Translations under genes and position numbers: made by a program
Notes under the pieces: generated by a model
What the model was told of the DNA's origin: nothing
What the model saw: only the letters and a program-made list of their open reading frames with translations
Databases searched by the model: none
Part shown: one piece after another, positions 24,338 through 37,635 of the stretch
How the letters are laid out: every line of letters begins with the position of its first letter
How positions within the stretch are numbered: the stretch's first letter is position 1
Source: Laetmonice hystrix
Lineage: Eukaryota
Direction: 5' to 3'
Assembly (NCBI GenBank): GCA_965235115.1
Contig: OZ249444.1
Location: forward strand, 5,146,001-5,210,000
DNA length: 64,000 nucleotides

Positions 24338-25136
24338 CCATGTCCCAACAGGCGTATAGCGTTACGGCACATCTAGACTGATAGTGAGTGAGTGAGTGAT
24401 GGTGGGTTTACACCGTGTCGCCATCTAACCATGTCCCAACAGGCGTATAGCGTTACGGCACATCTAGACTGATAGTGAGTGAGTGAGTGAGTAATGGTGG
24501 GTTTACGGCGTGTCATCATCTAACCATGTCCCAACAGGCGTATAGCGTTACGGCACATCTAGACTGATAGTGAGTGAGTAATGGTGGGTTTACACCGTGT
24601 CGCCATCTAACCATGTCCCAACAGGCGTATAGCGTTACGGCACATCTAGACTGATAGTGAGTGAGTGAGTAATGGTGGGTTTACGTCGTGTCGCCATCTA
24701 ACCATGTCCCAACAGGCGTATAGCGTTACGGCACATCTAGACTGATAGTGAGTGAGTAATGGTGGGTTTACTTCCTGTCGTCATCTAACCATGTCCCAAT
24801 AGGCGTATAGCGTTACGGCACATCTAGACTGATAGTGAGTGAGTAATGGTGGGTTTACTTCCTGTCGTCATCTAACCATGTCCCAATAGGCGTATAGCGT
24901 TACGGCACATCTAGACTGATAGTGAGTGAGTAATGGTGGGTTTACCCCGTGTCGTCATCTAACCATGTCCCAACAGGCGTATAGCGTTACGGCACATCTA
25001 GACTGATAGTGAGTGAGTAATGGTGGGTTTACTTCCTGTCGTCATCTAACCATGTCCCAATAGGCGTATAGCGTTACGGCACATCTAGACTGATAGTGAG
25101 TGAGTAATGGTGGGTTTACGTCCTGTCGCCATCTAA
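24338..25136 (+). repeat. Tandem array, 87-bp unit (91 or 95 bp with extra GAGT), 9 copies
   Basis: Units start at 24338, 24429, 24524, 24611, 24702, 24789, 24876, 24963 and 25050. Confidence 0.97.
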
Positions 25137-27335
25137 GGGTCTTAACGGCGAAAACAGAGTAAGAATACTTATCACAGGGTAAAATCACAGAGAATGATAA
25201 ACCGACTGATGAATTTATAAATGCAACGGCCCCTGCAGGCTGTCCAAGTTATCTAGAAATTACAAAAGCTGTAGCTTGAACTTTGAAAGTGCAAACATGG
25301 ACGTGAGAGTCGTACTAGTAATGTTAATTGATGCGTGATGCCACTGTTAAAAAGAATAGTCAATTGGAAATTGGTGGTTTCCATCACATGTCATGGGGGA
25401 GACATCTTAACGTTTTAATGTCTTGGTAAAACTTTTGTTTTTTTTACCTTGCAACCTGACAGCGTCCTAACGTTTAATGTCAGCCCCTGGCAACTCTTTA
25501 GAATGGACTGACTCTAGGTATACTATATATAGCGAAGCATGGGTAAAGAGAACGGGGTGGAGAAAACGTATAGCTCAAACTGTTTCTGCTCTAACTGGCC
25601 TGCGTGGATTCCTTCCTATTCTATACAATGTCTAGCATCTTCCTTATGGCCAACATAATTTCTCTCTGGCAGCTATTGCTGCTTATAAGCTCTATTTTTT
25701 GTAGCAATGGGAACATCTTTAGAAAACGCAGAATCCTGGGCTAATTACAAGTCACTCCCATGTGAGGTTCTTGATTGTAGAGCTAGGGAACATGGATTTA
25801 AAAGTTAGTTCAATAAATCGATAGGACTGTGCGTGTGGGGCGGTAGTTTGGTGAATACTGCGGTGGTGGGGACGGTTGGGCGCCAGACCATATTTCAGTG
25901 TAAATGCGGGTTGGTCTTGTACAGACTATAGGAACACCCTATACTTGTCTCAACGTAATGGTAGTGTTCCGCTGGTGTTGACTCGGCTTAATCTGTCAAA
26001 CCAAGCCTGGTCACCCTCAGTTATAGCCTAAATGCACTTCTTATAGTAAATGCATTCTTTATCGTCAATAAAAGAAGTGAAGGAGTGAAGTCAATGACAG
26101 TTTTTGTACAATGTTGGACGTTTGTGAAATAATAGAAGTAAAATGCGTAGAAACATAGTAGAGATTTTGTATACTTATATTCCAACTTTGTGAAATATTT
26201 TTGGGGTGGTTCACTGTTCAGATTAAGTGCGCTTTCAGTCATAAACGTCACCAAATGAGAGGCCGTTGAGAGAATCTTCAAGATAGATATTTGTCGTGGA
26301 CGTTGGTGGGGTTCTGTGTTTACTCAGGGACTGGTAGGATGATTATCTTTGTAGACCGACTGGAGATTGCTCTGTGAATATCCCATCATGACCGCGGGCA
26401 ACCGTCCTTAAAGTAGTCAGAGAGACTGTCAAATCATTAATGAACTGCTGCGTCAAATATTTGCGTGCGCGCCGAGTTCAGTTCAGACATAGATCAGAGG
26501 CCTGAGATGAAGCAGGGACATGTTGGTCGGATATTTGGAGAACGGTGATTTCAGCTGGCCGGTGGGGAGAGGGGAGGTTGTGTGTGCTCCCATTGTGTGG
26601 CTGAGTATGGCAATCTATCTGTGTTTGCCAGTGGTCGCCTGTGTTCACCCAGGAACCTCGATAGACCTCTATGCCATCAAAGACGATGCCGTCGTGGAGG
26701 GCAAGTGTTGATGGGCAAGCTGCCCGTCATCAGGCCGCGTCGCCTGTATTGTCGGCCGGTAGGGGTCGCTAGCTGCTTTCTGCTTAATACCAGCTTCCTG
26801 CCTGGCTCGTGGTTGGGCTAGCAAATCGGGAGCAGGAACCCTCCTCAAATCAGAGCCGCCTGCCTGTCTGCCTGCCTGCAGATACGTCATCGATTGCTCC
26901 GACGCGCCATCAGCCGCTGAGGAGAAGGGTGAACTTTAAGATGGTTGGAGACATTTGTGAAATGTGAGCGGCGATCAAAGAGATTTTCCAGACTGCTCCC
27001 TCCTGTAAAACGTGAAGGGGAGCATATGGCAGCGTTCCTCAAACACTGCTCGTCTGAAAGATCTGGAGAAATATTTATGAGCATAGCACAAACTAACAAT
27101 CGTGGATCACTGAATTCAAGTGGATTGATCATTGGGAGAGGGGTGCTAATTGGTCTTGAAGGCCCAAGCGCATCACCGAGACGTTCTTAATTAATTATTG
27201 AGATAAATGGTCGTCTTTAAGATCGCTTTGGGTATGGTGAGGAATTACCCAGCTGGTGATGGTGCATGGACCATGAGTGATCCATATTATCAGCTTGATT
27301 AGAGAACAAAATGAAGCTTGGAACAGCTGGGGAAG

Positions 27336-28169
27336 CAAGGGAGGCTGGAGACATTGAGGGCAGCAGGGGAGGCTGGAGACATTGAGGAGAGCAGGGGAGG
27401 CTGGAGACATTGAGGACAACAAGGGAGGCTGGATACATTGAGGACAACAAGGGAGGCTGGATACATTGAGGACAACAAGGGAGGCTGGAGACATTGAGGA
27501 CAGCAGGGGAGGCTGGAGACATTGAGGACAACAAGGGAGGCTGGAGACATTGAGGGCAGCAGGCGAGGCTGGATACATTAAGGACAACAAGGGAGGCTGG
27601 AGACATTGAGGGCAGCAGGGGAGGCTGGAGACATTGAGGACAACAGGGGAGGCTGGATACATTGAGGACAACAAGGGAGGCTGGAGACATTGAGGGCAGC
27701 AGGGGAGGCTGGAGACATTGAGGACAGCAGGGGAGGCTGGAGACATTGAGGACAACAAGGGAGGCTGGAGACATTGAGGGCAGCAGGGGAGGCTGGAGAC
27801 TTTGAGGGCAGCAGGCGAGGCTGGATACATTGAGGATAGCAGGGGAGGCTGGAGACATTGAGGACAGCAGGGGAGGCTGGATACATTGAGGACAGCAGGG
27901 GAGGGTGGAGACATTGAGAGCAGCAGGGGAGGCTGGAGACATTGAGGGCAGCAGGGGAGGCTGGAGACATTGAGGGCAGCAGGCGAGGCTGGATACATTG
28001 AGGACAGCAGGGGAGGCTGGATACATTGAGGACAGCAGGGGAGGCTGGAGACATTGAGAGCAGCAGGGGCGGCTGGAGACATTGAGGGCAGCAGGGGAGG
28101 CTGGAGGCACTGAGGGCAGCAGGGGAGGCTGGAGACATTGAGGGCAGCAGGGGAGGCTGGAGACATTGA
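27336..28169 (+). repeat. Minisatellite, 29-bp unit GGAGGCTGGAGACATTGAGGGCAGCAGGG, about 29 copies
   Basis: Direct inspection; it explains the four overlapping minus-strand Pro/Cys ORFs. Confidence 0.97.
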
Positions 28170-28589
28170 AGGCCCACAAAGATCATATAATATGAATAAC
28201 ATGAATGGGTATCCTTTGTTTGTGGTCGCTGTCTCATGTTTCGTAAAGTTTCACCAGCAAGAAAACGGAAAAATATGAACGCGTACCTTTTCAGAACACG
28301 CTGCTGAACTAAGCTCCTTCAGACTGGCTTAGAGTTATTGTGTGTGCAGTAAGATGATAGGGATTTTCTGTCGCCGTGAGTATGTGCTTACTTAGCGTCA
28401 CGGCGTCAGGCCACCAGACCTCAGTATGGTTTAATGGTCTTGATGTACTGTGTTGCTCACATAGAGATTCAATGGGTCTATACTCGGATTCTTCTTCGAA
28501 TTCTGCCGGTACAACCCGAGACCCATGCCGTCTGCTTCAGTTGCACAGTTCCACATATAACATTAGTAATATGAGCGTTTTGACATAAG

Positions 28590-28780
28590 GAACTAGTCAG
28601 TTTAAACGCAACTTGGAGAGAACTTAATGAGGCACATGATTGGATCGGGCAGCTGAATGCTTTGATAGAATCCCCAAGACGTGAAATCAATGGAAATCCT
28701 GATCCCATGATGGAGCTTTCCTTTACTTCGAAATATATTCATCCTAAGCATACACTTTTCCAGTTCTTCTTCTGCTTGAG
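28590..28780 (+). CDS. Candidate exon (phase 0-2, 191 nt)
   Basis: Strong donor gag|gtgagt, weak acceptor ttttgacataag|; open frame ELVSLNATWRELNEAHDWIGQLNALIE...FFCL. Confidence 0.2.
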
Positions 28781-31700
28781 GTGAGTTTTGTCTCACGGAT
28801 ATGTGGTGGACTGTTTTCCAGTTTAGTTGCTGGTATGTAGTAATATCTCTCTTTTTTGAGAACCAGAAATAATGCGGAAGGACATAAAATCAAAAGAAAC
28901 ATGTACTAAACCTGGAGGCATTGGGGAATCTTAAGACACAGTTAAACCTCAACGAACGAATAGTATAAATGCCCAGGTCGAAACGTATCATTTCTGGTAT
29001 AATCAGGATTTAGGTGCAAGGCGAAATCATTAAGTGCTGGCCAAAAGATTACATTATTCTATAGGAGGAGGTTGCGGTGGGCGTTCTCCTGACCAGTGTC
29101 CGGCACTGACCTTCCAGCCTGCTCAGGATGTCTTGTAGACCCTTTAATGATGTGTCGAAGGGATTGGAGGGGGTCTTATTCGGAGAAAAGGGCGTTTGGG
29201 TCTTAGTTGATGATAATAAAAGAAGCAAAACTTTAGCGCCTGCTGAATGACAAACAGTAACATTATCCTGAAGACCACAGAGAATGTTTGGGTGTGAATA
29301 GACCTACCCCCTTACAGATCGGGTTCAGAAACCACGTAGCGCCCATTACTTCTTTGGCGAAGACCTATCAGTATAAAAGCCCCTGACATAAAATCAGTGC
29401 GGTATGACCTAAAGCCGTCACAGAAAACATTATCCAGACCAACATATATCGAATCGGGCGACAATTGTATTCATTGCATGACGTGGTGGTATCCACGAAG
29501 TCGTTCGTCAATGTCCGCTGCATCATTCAACACGAACCCAGCCATTGTTACGCGGTGTGGCTTGCATGATGTACGCTGTCTCGCTGAGGTCTGACATTAA
29601 AAAGATACAACACTGGGGATTTATTAACTAAAGCTACAGCTTGCAATTTAAGGGACTGTAAGATAAATAAATTATTAATTTTTATACAAAACAATATTTT
29701 AAAACCCCCAGATCAGGTTGATATTTGGTAGAATACTTTTCAATTTTATTTAAAAGAGAGGTGACCTAGATTGGTAGAGGAAGGTTGTGTGAAGGAAGCC
29801 CTGACACGAAGCGGCCATGTTTGCGGACCGTTTCGTATAGAACACCCATGTATAGAGGAGAACCATTGATTTCCAGCGTCCTTCAATTTGCCGGTTCTAT
29901 TCCATGCGTGCCTCACACAACGACTTATTCCGGAGCAGTTTCCTCGATCTACATCGACTCGCACAAGTCAATTTCCTCCCTCCTAGCCCGCTGTTGACGA
30001 GTGATATTGAAAGGAAAACGATTGCAAGAAGTGGCGCCTTGCAGCTATATAAAGGGGCCAGGCCGAATGCTCGTCGTAGCTTGACCATGAGCCCAGGCCG
30101 CCCCCTAAACGTGACCCCGGGGGGCTTATTGTGCCTCCTTGGAGTCATTTTCACAATGAGCACCTTCGTTTGAGGCATCTTTCTATTGACGTTTTTTGCC
30201 TCTTTTTTTACAACTTCCCAACTTGGTCAACCTAATTTTCTCTTATGGTGGGCCGGACGAACTATGGCATTGATTGGTTTAAGTCGGCGTCGCAATGAAA
30301 GCAAAGGTTGACACTGATTGGTTGATAAGGAGCCAATAGAAATCAATTGCTGCGATTGCTCCGGTGGTCAGCTGCTATTTGCCCAAATAGTGGATTGTCC
30401 GAATGTTTTCCCATGGTGATTTTTTGTACGGGATGGGAATTTGTGGCGAGTATGACTTTTGACGATAAGGAAAGTCGGTGGTTGGTTGAATAACCCCATA
30501 GGTCAGAGACCGATAAGTTAGTGGGGGACTAGTCAAATATTTAATACAAATCTGGAAATAAAACGGCCATTCTTTCCTTTTCTCTCTTCTACAGTCTCGC
30601 GGGAAATACAACTTGTGCCATGATTTCATAAGTGGTGCAAAGTTTAGAACCAGCGTCAAACGTATGCAACATGGCAAGGAATTAATTAACAAATAAGAAG
30701 GAATTAATTAATACATACAGGACGGTCGGTGATGAGAGGGTCAAATCAGAATGGAGTCGGAATGAAGGGTGGTGGGGGTGGGGGTTTAGGGGGTGGGGGT
30801 GACCGTTCTGAGGGCACCGACCTGGTGAGAATGGGGCGTCCCCTCTGTAAACCAGCCAGCGCGTTCCTCGGGTGTATGCCCTCATCCATCATATCATCCT
30901 ATAGCTGTATCCTTTTGTTGTTGTCAAGGGCAACCATCCCAGTCCGGGGGATGCGGCTACGCTTCAGTGCTGCCATCTTATTCCTTGGTGTATTTACACG
31001 GGGAAAAATATTTGTTGCATTCATTTCAGCATAAAAAAATCATATTATTCAAATGATTATTGATCACCTGGTGTCAAATATACAAGAGGATGAAGGATGA
31101 GATCATAATGACAAAGAGGACATACAGTTTCCATTGTTTCCAATGATTTTGTAACAAAAAAATACATATAACATTCCAAGAGCCAAGCAAGATTTTTTGC
31201 TCTTTTTGTGGAGGGCTTCCGCCGTAAATGGCAGACTTCAAAGGGAAAACCAATCCTACTCATCAGACATCTTTCTTTTGAATGGTCAGGTCATAGCCTC
31301 TTGTTAAAGATCACTCAGGGCCGGCTTGGACGGTAATGGGAGACTGTCATGGGTATTCTGGTAAAGTTCATCCATTTAGAGAATGAGGCAAGAGAGATCC
31401 TTTAGCAGGAGGTGTTCTTACACAGCTGCAAAAAGAGAACTGTGTTTGATCTCAAAATCTCGCTCCTTTCAAATAGTGTAATATTATGACAGCGCATGTA
31501 ATTGTGGTCGCCGTGGGAAAGTTGGAAATAACGATTTGCATTGGTTGAATTCGCATTAGAGTCTACATTATAAGGCCAAGAAAAGTATATATGGTTTGCT
31601 CCCATGCTGCAGTGAGGGGAAAAGGGTCCATACGTCCATAATGTAATGACACGTGCGGGTGACGCGAAGCATGTAATTAATTTTTCTTGGCCTAAGTGAG

Positions 31701-31908
31701 ATTCGATGATTCCATGTTGTTGGCCTATTGGGACGTGGAAGTCCCAGTATGTCGTCACCGAGAGCTTTATAAATGGCTTCCAGTCGCTGCTACAAACTCA
31801 TCTTGTGGATGTGGATGTTCATAATGGATGGGATATACTAATCAATGCATCCTTGTGAATATATAATATATGTGACAAAACGAATTATTGCTAATGTCAG
31901 GACAGTAA

Positions 31909-32014
31909 GTCATCATGTGACTGTCATCATGTGACTGTTATCATGTGACTGTCATCATGTGACTGTCATCATGTGACTGTCATCATGTGACTGTCATCAT
32001 GTGACTGTCATCAT
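31909..32014. repeat. 14-bp tandem repeat GTCATCATGTGACT, about 7.5 copies
   Basis: Direct inspection. Confidence 0.95.
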
Positions 32015-32878
32015 TGTGATGATAATTATTCAGAATCTACTCATGTTAATAAATTATTGTCGTGGTAATATTTCATTGTTTCCCGGAAAAACAAATTTAT
32101 ATTCTATATCGCCGCATTTGGTCCATTTAATTGCAAATTCTCGCTTTTCTTGTTAGATATTATCGAGGCTTATGATGCCACATATATAAAATATAGAACC
32201 TCCAGTAATTAATGCTAATACATTGATTGTCATTATTGAATCACATCATCATGAACACCTTCCAATTATCCCGCTAATTAACAGGATAGCGTTCCCCTCA
32301 TCTGTACGTCCACCCACTACCGAGATAGGCGGCGTGCAAGGCCACATTAAAAAAAACGGCGATTGAGGAAATTAACCGTCTGGATTAAATGCGGTTGTCA
32401 AAACGGCCTTTTATCGAATTGGAGCACAAGACATTTGATCCTTTGATAGCAACCCAATTAAAGTCGGCCCTGCCTACTTTACTCTCTTTGTTATTTATGT
32501 GGCTCACTTGGGTACTGATTATTGGCGACAGCTGAAATGGATTCTTTGCAAACACTTGCGTGTAGACCTAGCAGTAAGGAGGTATTCGAGAATAACCATT
32601 TTATAAAATGCTGTATGATTATCAACCCCAAATCTCCTGTGTTCAGACTCTTTCAAAATCTGATGTGTGCGCCTTCCGCCAGGTGTCAGGGCAGGGTTAC
32701 GTCTTCATTGCTGTTTGTTAGGGGGCGCTGTGTTCAACCAGTCATCGTGCGCTCATAACCGCCTCAGGTATTGGCTGAGTGCGGAGAGTCGCGACTGGTC
32801 GGGTTCATTGTCAGCATGGGTGATACTGAACGTTGGTGACCCTGGCGAATATAATGGCTATCATTTAAATAAATGCTA

Positions 32879-33197
32879 CAGTGGGGGGTCCAGGATTTTG
32901 ATAAGGGGGGCCCACCTAAAAAACATTTTAGCCTCGCTACACTCGGCATGATTTTATTGTGTTATGGCTATTTTGGGCCCCTTGGTCGATTTCAATGCTG
33001 CATGGCCCAGAGTTATGTTGCTCCTGGATGACTGAGGAGGCCCTATTGAGCCCGATGTTACTATCACGTACAATATAGGAGGCTTTTTGTTGGAATCCTG
33101 TTTCAGGGTCCGAATAATGCATCTTCTTAAAAAAAAGGTTGGGGAAAGGAAAATTTAAGGGGGGAGCGGGCCCCTTGCCCCCCTGGATTCCCCAGTG
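32879..33197. mobile_element. 319-bp MITE, CAGTGG-type termini, 6-bp TSD (hAT6-like)
   Basis: Imperfect TIR CAGTGGGGGGTCCAGG vs CACTGGGGAATCCAGG; ATGCTA at 32873-32878 and 33198-33203. Confidence 0.65.
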
Positions 33198-33368
33198 ATG
33201 CTATCAATGGAAGGGGGCGGAGTGAAGTTTTGCAAGATCTGAAGATGAATACTGTCAAGCCGAATTTAAATCACCTATACAATTATTGCTAACCATTCGA
33301 TCGCTGTTTACTCTAGCAGTATTACTTGATACAGTTTCTAATGTGTATATTTTATTCTGTCATTTCAG

Positions 33369-33404
33369 GTATGTATAATCCCGTGTTAATTGGCGTATCG
33401 TGTG
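33369..33404 (+). CDS. Candidate 36-nt microexon (phase 1-1; GMYNPVLIGVSC)
   Basis: Branch point CTAAT near 33338, polypyrimidine tract, CAG| acceptor and gtg|GTAAGT donor; only one frame is open. Confidence 0.5.
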
Positions 33405-36400
33405 GTAAGTTCACCTTATCCAATTATAAAGTTTAAAATTAAGGTTTATTACTTGTAGTAATTGTGGAAGTTATGGACAGGTGGCGCCAGGGCTGCCGTG
33501 AAGCGGGCTGCGGAGGTCGGTGGCGCACCCTGGTGTAAGGATTGATAACTGTTACATACGGGAACCTTTTCCATGCTACTGATGCCTGATTCAACGATTT
33601 CATGTAATTTTATACTGCTGCCGATCAAGGTCATTATAAGTATGACTCGCCACGATTTTTTTATATCACCTTATATAACACTTTCCCTGATTTCCTTGTT
33701 CGTGATAGTCAAATTACAAAAATCAAACACTGTTCAAGGGTTCAGGGAAGGCAGGACTCCCATTATATGAACACCCACTGATCTGGGGGGGAGGGGGGAT
33801 TCCGGACTTTCTGTACCCATTTTTCTGCAAGCATCTCCGGTAACAACATTAACAGGAACCCAATCCAAGCCCTAAAACATTAAAAATGTTCGTTTCTCTC
33901 ACCATGTGTTGTGTGAGTAAAGTTACCCACGAGTAGTTGGATACATGTGCAGACACGAGGGCAGATTCTGAACCTGAGAAGTGCGCGACAGTAAATATTA
34001 AAAAAGGAATCAGAGTTTCCGAGATTTTGAGTAATCCGACTGCACATCAAAGCTCTTACTAATGTCGGGGTTGTAACTAGGCCTATCATGTAAAGCTCTG
34101 ACAAAACAAACAAACTGACAAACTGTGGAAACATCCCGTCGTTTCTTTGTTTTTTTTTTTTGTTTTTTTTTTTTGGGGGGGGGGGTCTCCTTACACTTTA
34201 CCATGACCCAGAATCACATAATTAAATCTCTTTGAACCATATCATTATATTTTAGCGCCCTTCGTTACAGCTGGGGTGTTGCTAAATGAGCACAGAGCCA
34301 CCAATCAAACTGTAACACGATCCAGCTACTATAGCGCGCAGTTTTCACAATCCATTTGATTGAAGAGACAGCAAACAGGACCGGGTGCTCTTCGCCAATC
34401 TATTACGGGAGTCCTCTATGCATACGCCAAAATATGCGCCACATTGAGGAGCCGACCTGGTATTGACATTAAAGTGCTGTAACGTGTCGGGCAGGAAGTA
34501 GCCGTCTCTCCTAGTGTTCTCGGGTTACACTGTAGAGGGCACCACATACCCCAGCGGTTCGGGCAGAATCGGAACGTGAGCTTTCAACAAGTAATCAGTA
34601 TTACAGCTGGAAATCGATAGGCCTGATTGGTCTTTCATTTTCTGGAGTTCACACACACATGAAGAAAACGTTTAATGAAGCGAGGAGAATTGTTTCGATA
34701 AATGTCGATATTAATTTGCAAACTTAAACAAGCAGGGCCTCTCACTAAATAAGATCGAATCGCATCTGGTATTTAGGTATACTTGCTGCAGTTCGATATT
34801 TTCCACGGGTACTACTTTTTCCCCCTTTCTTCCTCCAGTCCCTGACCATTGCTGAGGTGTCACGGGTGCTGGTGAAAAGGGTAGGCCATGGCTGACGGAG
34901 TTAGACCTTTGAATATGGAGTCCTCGGTCTGGAGGCCTGAAGTTTAGGGGCATATTAGGGGCATTGTATATTGTAAAACTCCAGCCGTTTTCTTCACCAG
35001 GTTACCTTCCGGAATAGGGGTTTCCTTGGACACTTGGGGTTTAGACGAAACTGCCGTGGGTATCACTGGCGGGGTGTCATAGTATCACCCCTTACACAGA
35101 TTGACGATCACATGTTACCATGCCGCGTGTGCTGAACCAACCAATCAGAAGTCATTGAGGTGTGAAATGAGGCGGGTCGGATGGCTTCCCGTCACCCCCC
35201 ACCCCCCACCCCCTCCCCCCTCAGGCAGGCACAACCTCCATGGCCGTCTCCACTATGCTAACATCCACAAAATATAGGTCTATGCCATGGGCGGAGTACC
35301 AGAACTAAAGATGGTTGACCACATACCAAAACTGTGACGCGAGACCTCAGTCCTGTTGCCTTGACGACGGGAGGCATGGGGCTGACATCTGTGCCAGCAA
35401 AGAGGACTTATTATTGGCATTGTTCAGATTATGTTCCTCGGAACAGCAATCAGCCATTGCCTTTGTTACATTTCCAACATCCACGCTGGAACCGTTTGCT
35501 GGTCGTGAGAAGTACGCTACGTATGACAATGAGAAGCTACCATTGAATTGTAGAGAAATTCATATTATGTTAAAGGTGGGGGGGGGGGGGTCCTCTATAC
35601 GCAAGATTGATATACATTGTCGTATACACGCAGGCGTAGATGTTCAGATCGACGAGTATCTTTGTGCATTGACTTCCTGTTGGTAATATTGCAGACGTGA
35701 GGCTAATAATCAAAGCAAGCATTCAACGTTTAGAACTTGTTCAGTCTTTGTGCGACCTATTTTCTCTCCGTAATCCCAGAGGGCGTAGTGAGAAAGAAAC
35801 CTGACACATGGAGAAAATCTTCTGTTTTTCAAAGTGAAAGAAGATGTTTTGTTATATGGCCATTTGCACAGAAGGCTTGAGATACAAAAGCCTTTCGTGA
35901 CTCAATTGTTGAAAGTATATCAGAAGGAAAGAGGCAATCTTTAAATCTCAACCATAGTCTTATATGTACAGCAGTAACGAACTAAATACGGTCATCAAAT
36001 TATACATAGAAAGCGTGGAAAGTGACAGTACACGCTCAGTTCTTCAAATTGAGATGTTGTGCCACTCGGAAAAGACACTACGTTCTGTCAGTCATGACAT
36101 TTCGAAAAAGTGGAGTTCAATTACTGCATGCGGCATATGTCAGACTAACAACAATATTATTAAACAGGACGTCGCCGGGGCTCGAACCCAATTATAGCAG
36201 CTCTGTTTTCGCATGTGACGTTTTCCAGAACTGAACAAATCTTTCTTGTGCTGTTCATTATTGTGTATGAGTGGGAGTCGTTGCCAGTCTTCGATAAGGC
36301 CCGGAAGTCAGCATGTACGAATTAAAGCTCGCCCTAAACCCCGACGGCTGTGGTCTGTTGCTGTTTATGGATGGATTTGATGGAATGTATTTTTCTCTAC

Positions 36401-36670
36401 ATTGTTATAATGTGGTTGCCATTATTTTTACACACGTCCCTAGAGGCAACTACAGGCATGTTTGAGAAAGAGGGGACCGACTAGGCTCAGGCATGATCAT
36501 TAAAACAAATAGGATTTTCAAAACGTTAATTCATCAGTCTGAATTTATTCGAGATTTTGTTTTCACCCGTTGGGTCTTTCTCTCTAGGTCTGGAGGCGGG
36601 TATGTCCATTCGTATGGGTATAGGAAGTGAAAGTGACGGCGTGCTATGGTACGATAATAGGGGAAAAGAA

Positions 36671-36853
36671 CCACTTCCGGTGAATAGCGCAGGATTGTAA
36701 ACATATGAGAATCCCAGCATGTGAAGAAATAAGCAGAGTTAAAAATATTTTGAGGCTAGATTTAGACTTATCTTTTAGTGCCAGAAATAACCTGGGCAAA
36801 GTTGGAAATTTATTCCCCGGAACTGGCCAAATCCAACTTGATTGTGACGTCAC
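36671..36853 (+). mobile_element. Third, partial copy of the 5566-6134 repeat family
   Basis: Inverted homology to 5566-5805; lacks about 60 bp present in that copy. Confidence 0.75.
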
Positions 36854-37635
36854 ATCAGTACTGTATTGGGAGCAGGATGCGTGCGGAGAGGGACATGGCT
36901 AGTAACAGGTGGCAGGCTCAAAAATACCTCGGGAACTTCGCCCCCCAAGGGGTATATAGGGGATAAGTTGGTGGAGATTGGCTTAATGTCAACAGAACCC
37001 CCTTACCCCACTACTTCATCCCCATTTATTCATGTGTGAATCTGCGGATTCGATCTCGTAACACCTCCTTTCAGATTCTTCGAAAGAAAATCAATAAGTG
37101 GCATTCAGGACCATAGCTGAAAGCCCTAAAACCCGTGTTCCTTATGATTAATATATCCACAGACCAGGGGTTAGTGTCGCTTCAAGTGGAGTTTCTCATA
37201 TTTTGTATTTTATTATGTATTTGTTTTCAGCCGGGGTTCTAGGGCATTCAGCGAGAGGCAGTCGAAGAGGATAGATAATATTGAAAAGGGATGGTGTGAT
37301 TTCTGTAAATTTTTCATGAACGAGGAAATAAACGACGCGGGTTTCTCGCGCGTGGATTTAATAAGGTTATGTGGCCGACGGCGGAGTCGCCATTTTTCAT
37401 GGAAGGTTCACGGGTGCATTGAAGCAAGGTCTTTCAAACAGATCCTCAACCCACAGCATGGACCGACAAGGGAGTGCTACCCATTTCAACAGGGGCTTCA
37501 ATGGGTGGGGAGGGGTTACAGGGGGCTCTGGAGACTGTTAATGTGGGAATAGGACGCAGCCCCAGTGGGCAGCTGTTGATATATAGAGCAGGTTTAGGCA
37601 AGGGATTGGACCTTGGTGTGGTGTGGCAGCCCTTG

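Noticed and set aside
26400-27190. Possible retroelement or exon remnant
   Set aside because: No RT, RNase H, integrase or endonuclease motif in any frame I translated.
30040-30175. TATATAAAG followed by a 28-codon hydrophobic ORF (MSPGRP...STFV)
   Set aside because: It terminates early with no convincing donor; insufficient support to call a gene.
36170-36200. Minus-strand B-box-like GGTTCGAGCCCC
   Set aside because: No A-box or cloverleaf upstream.
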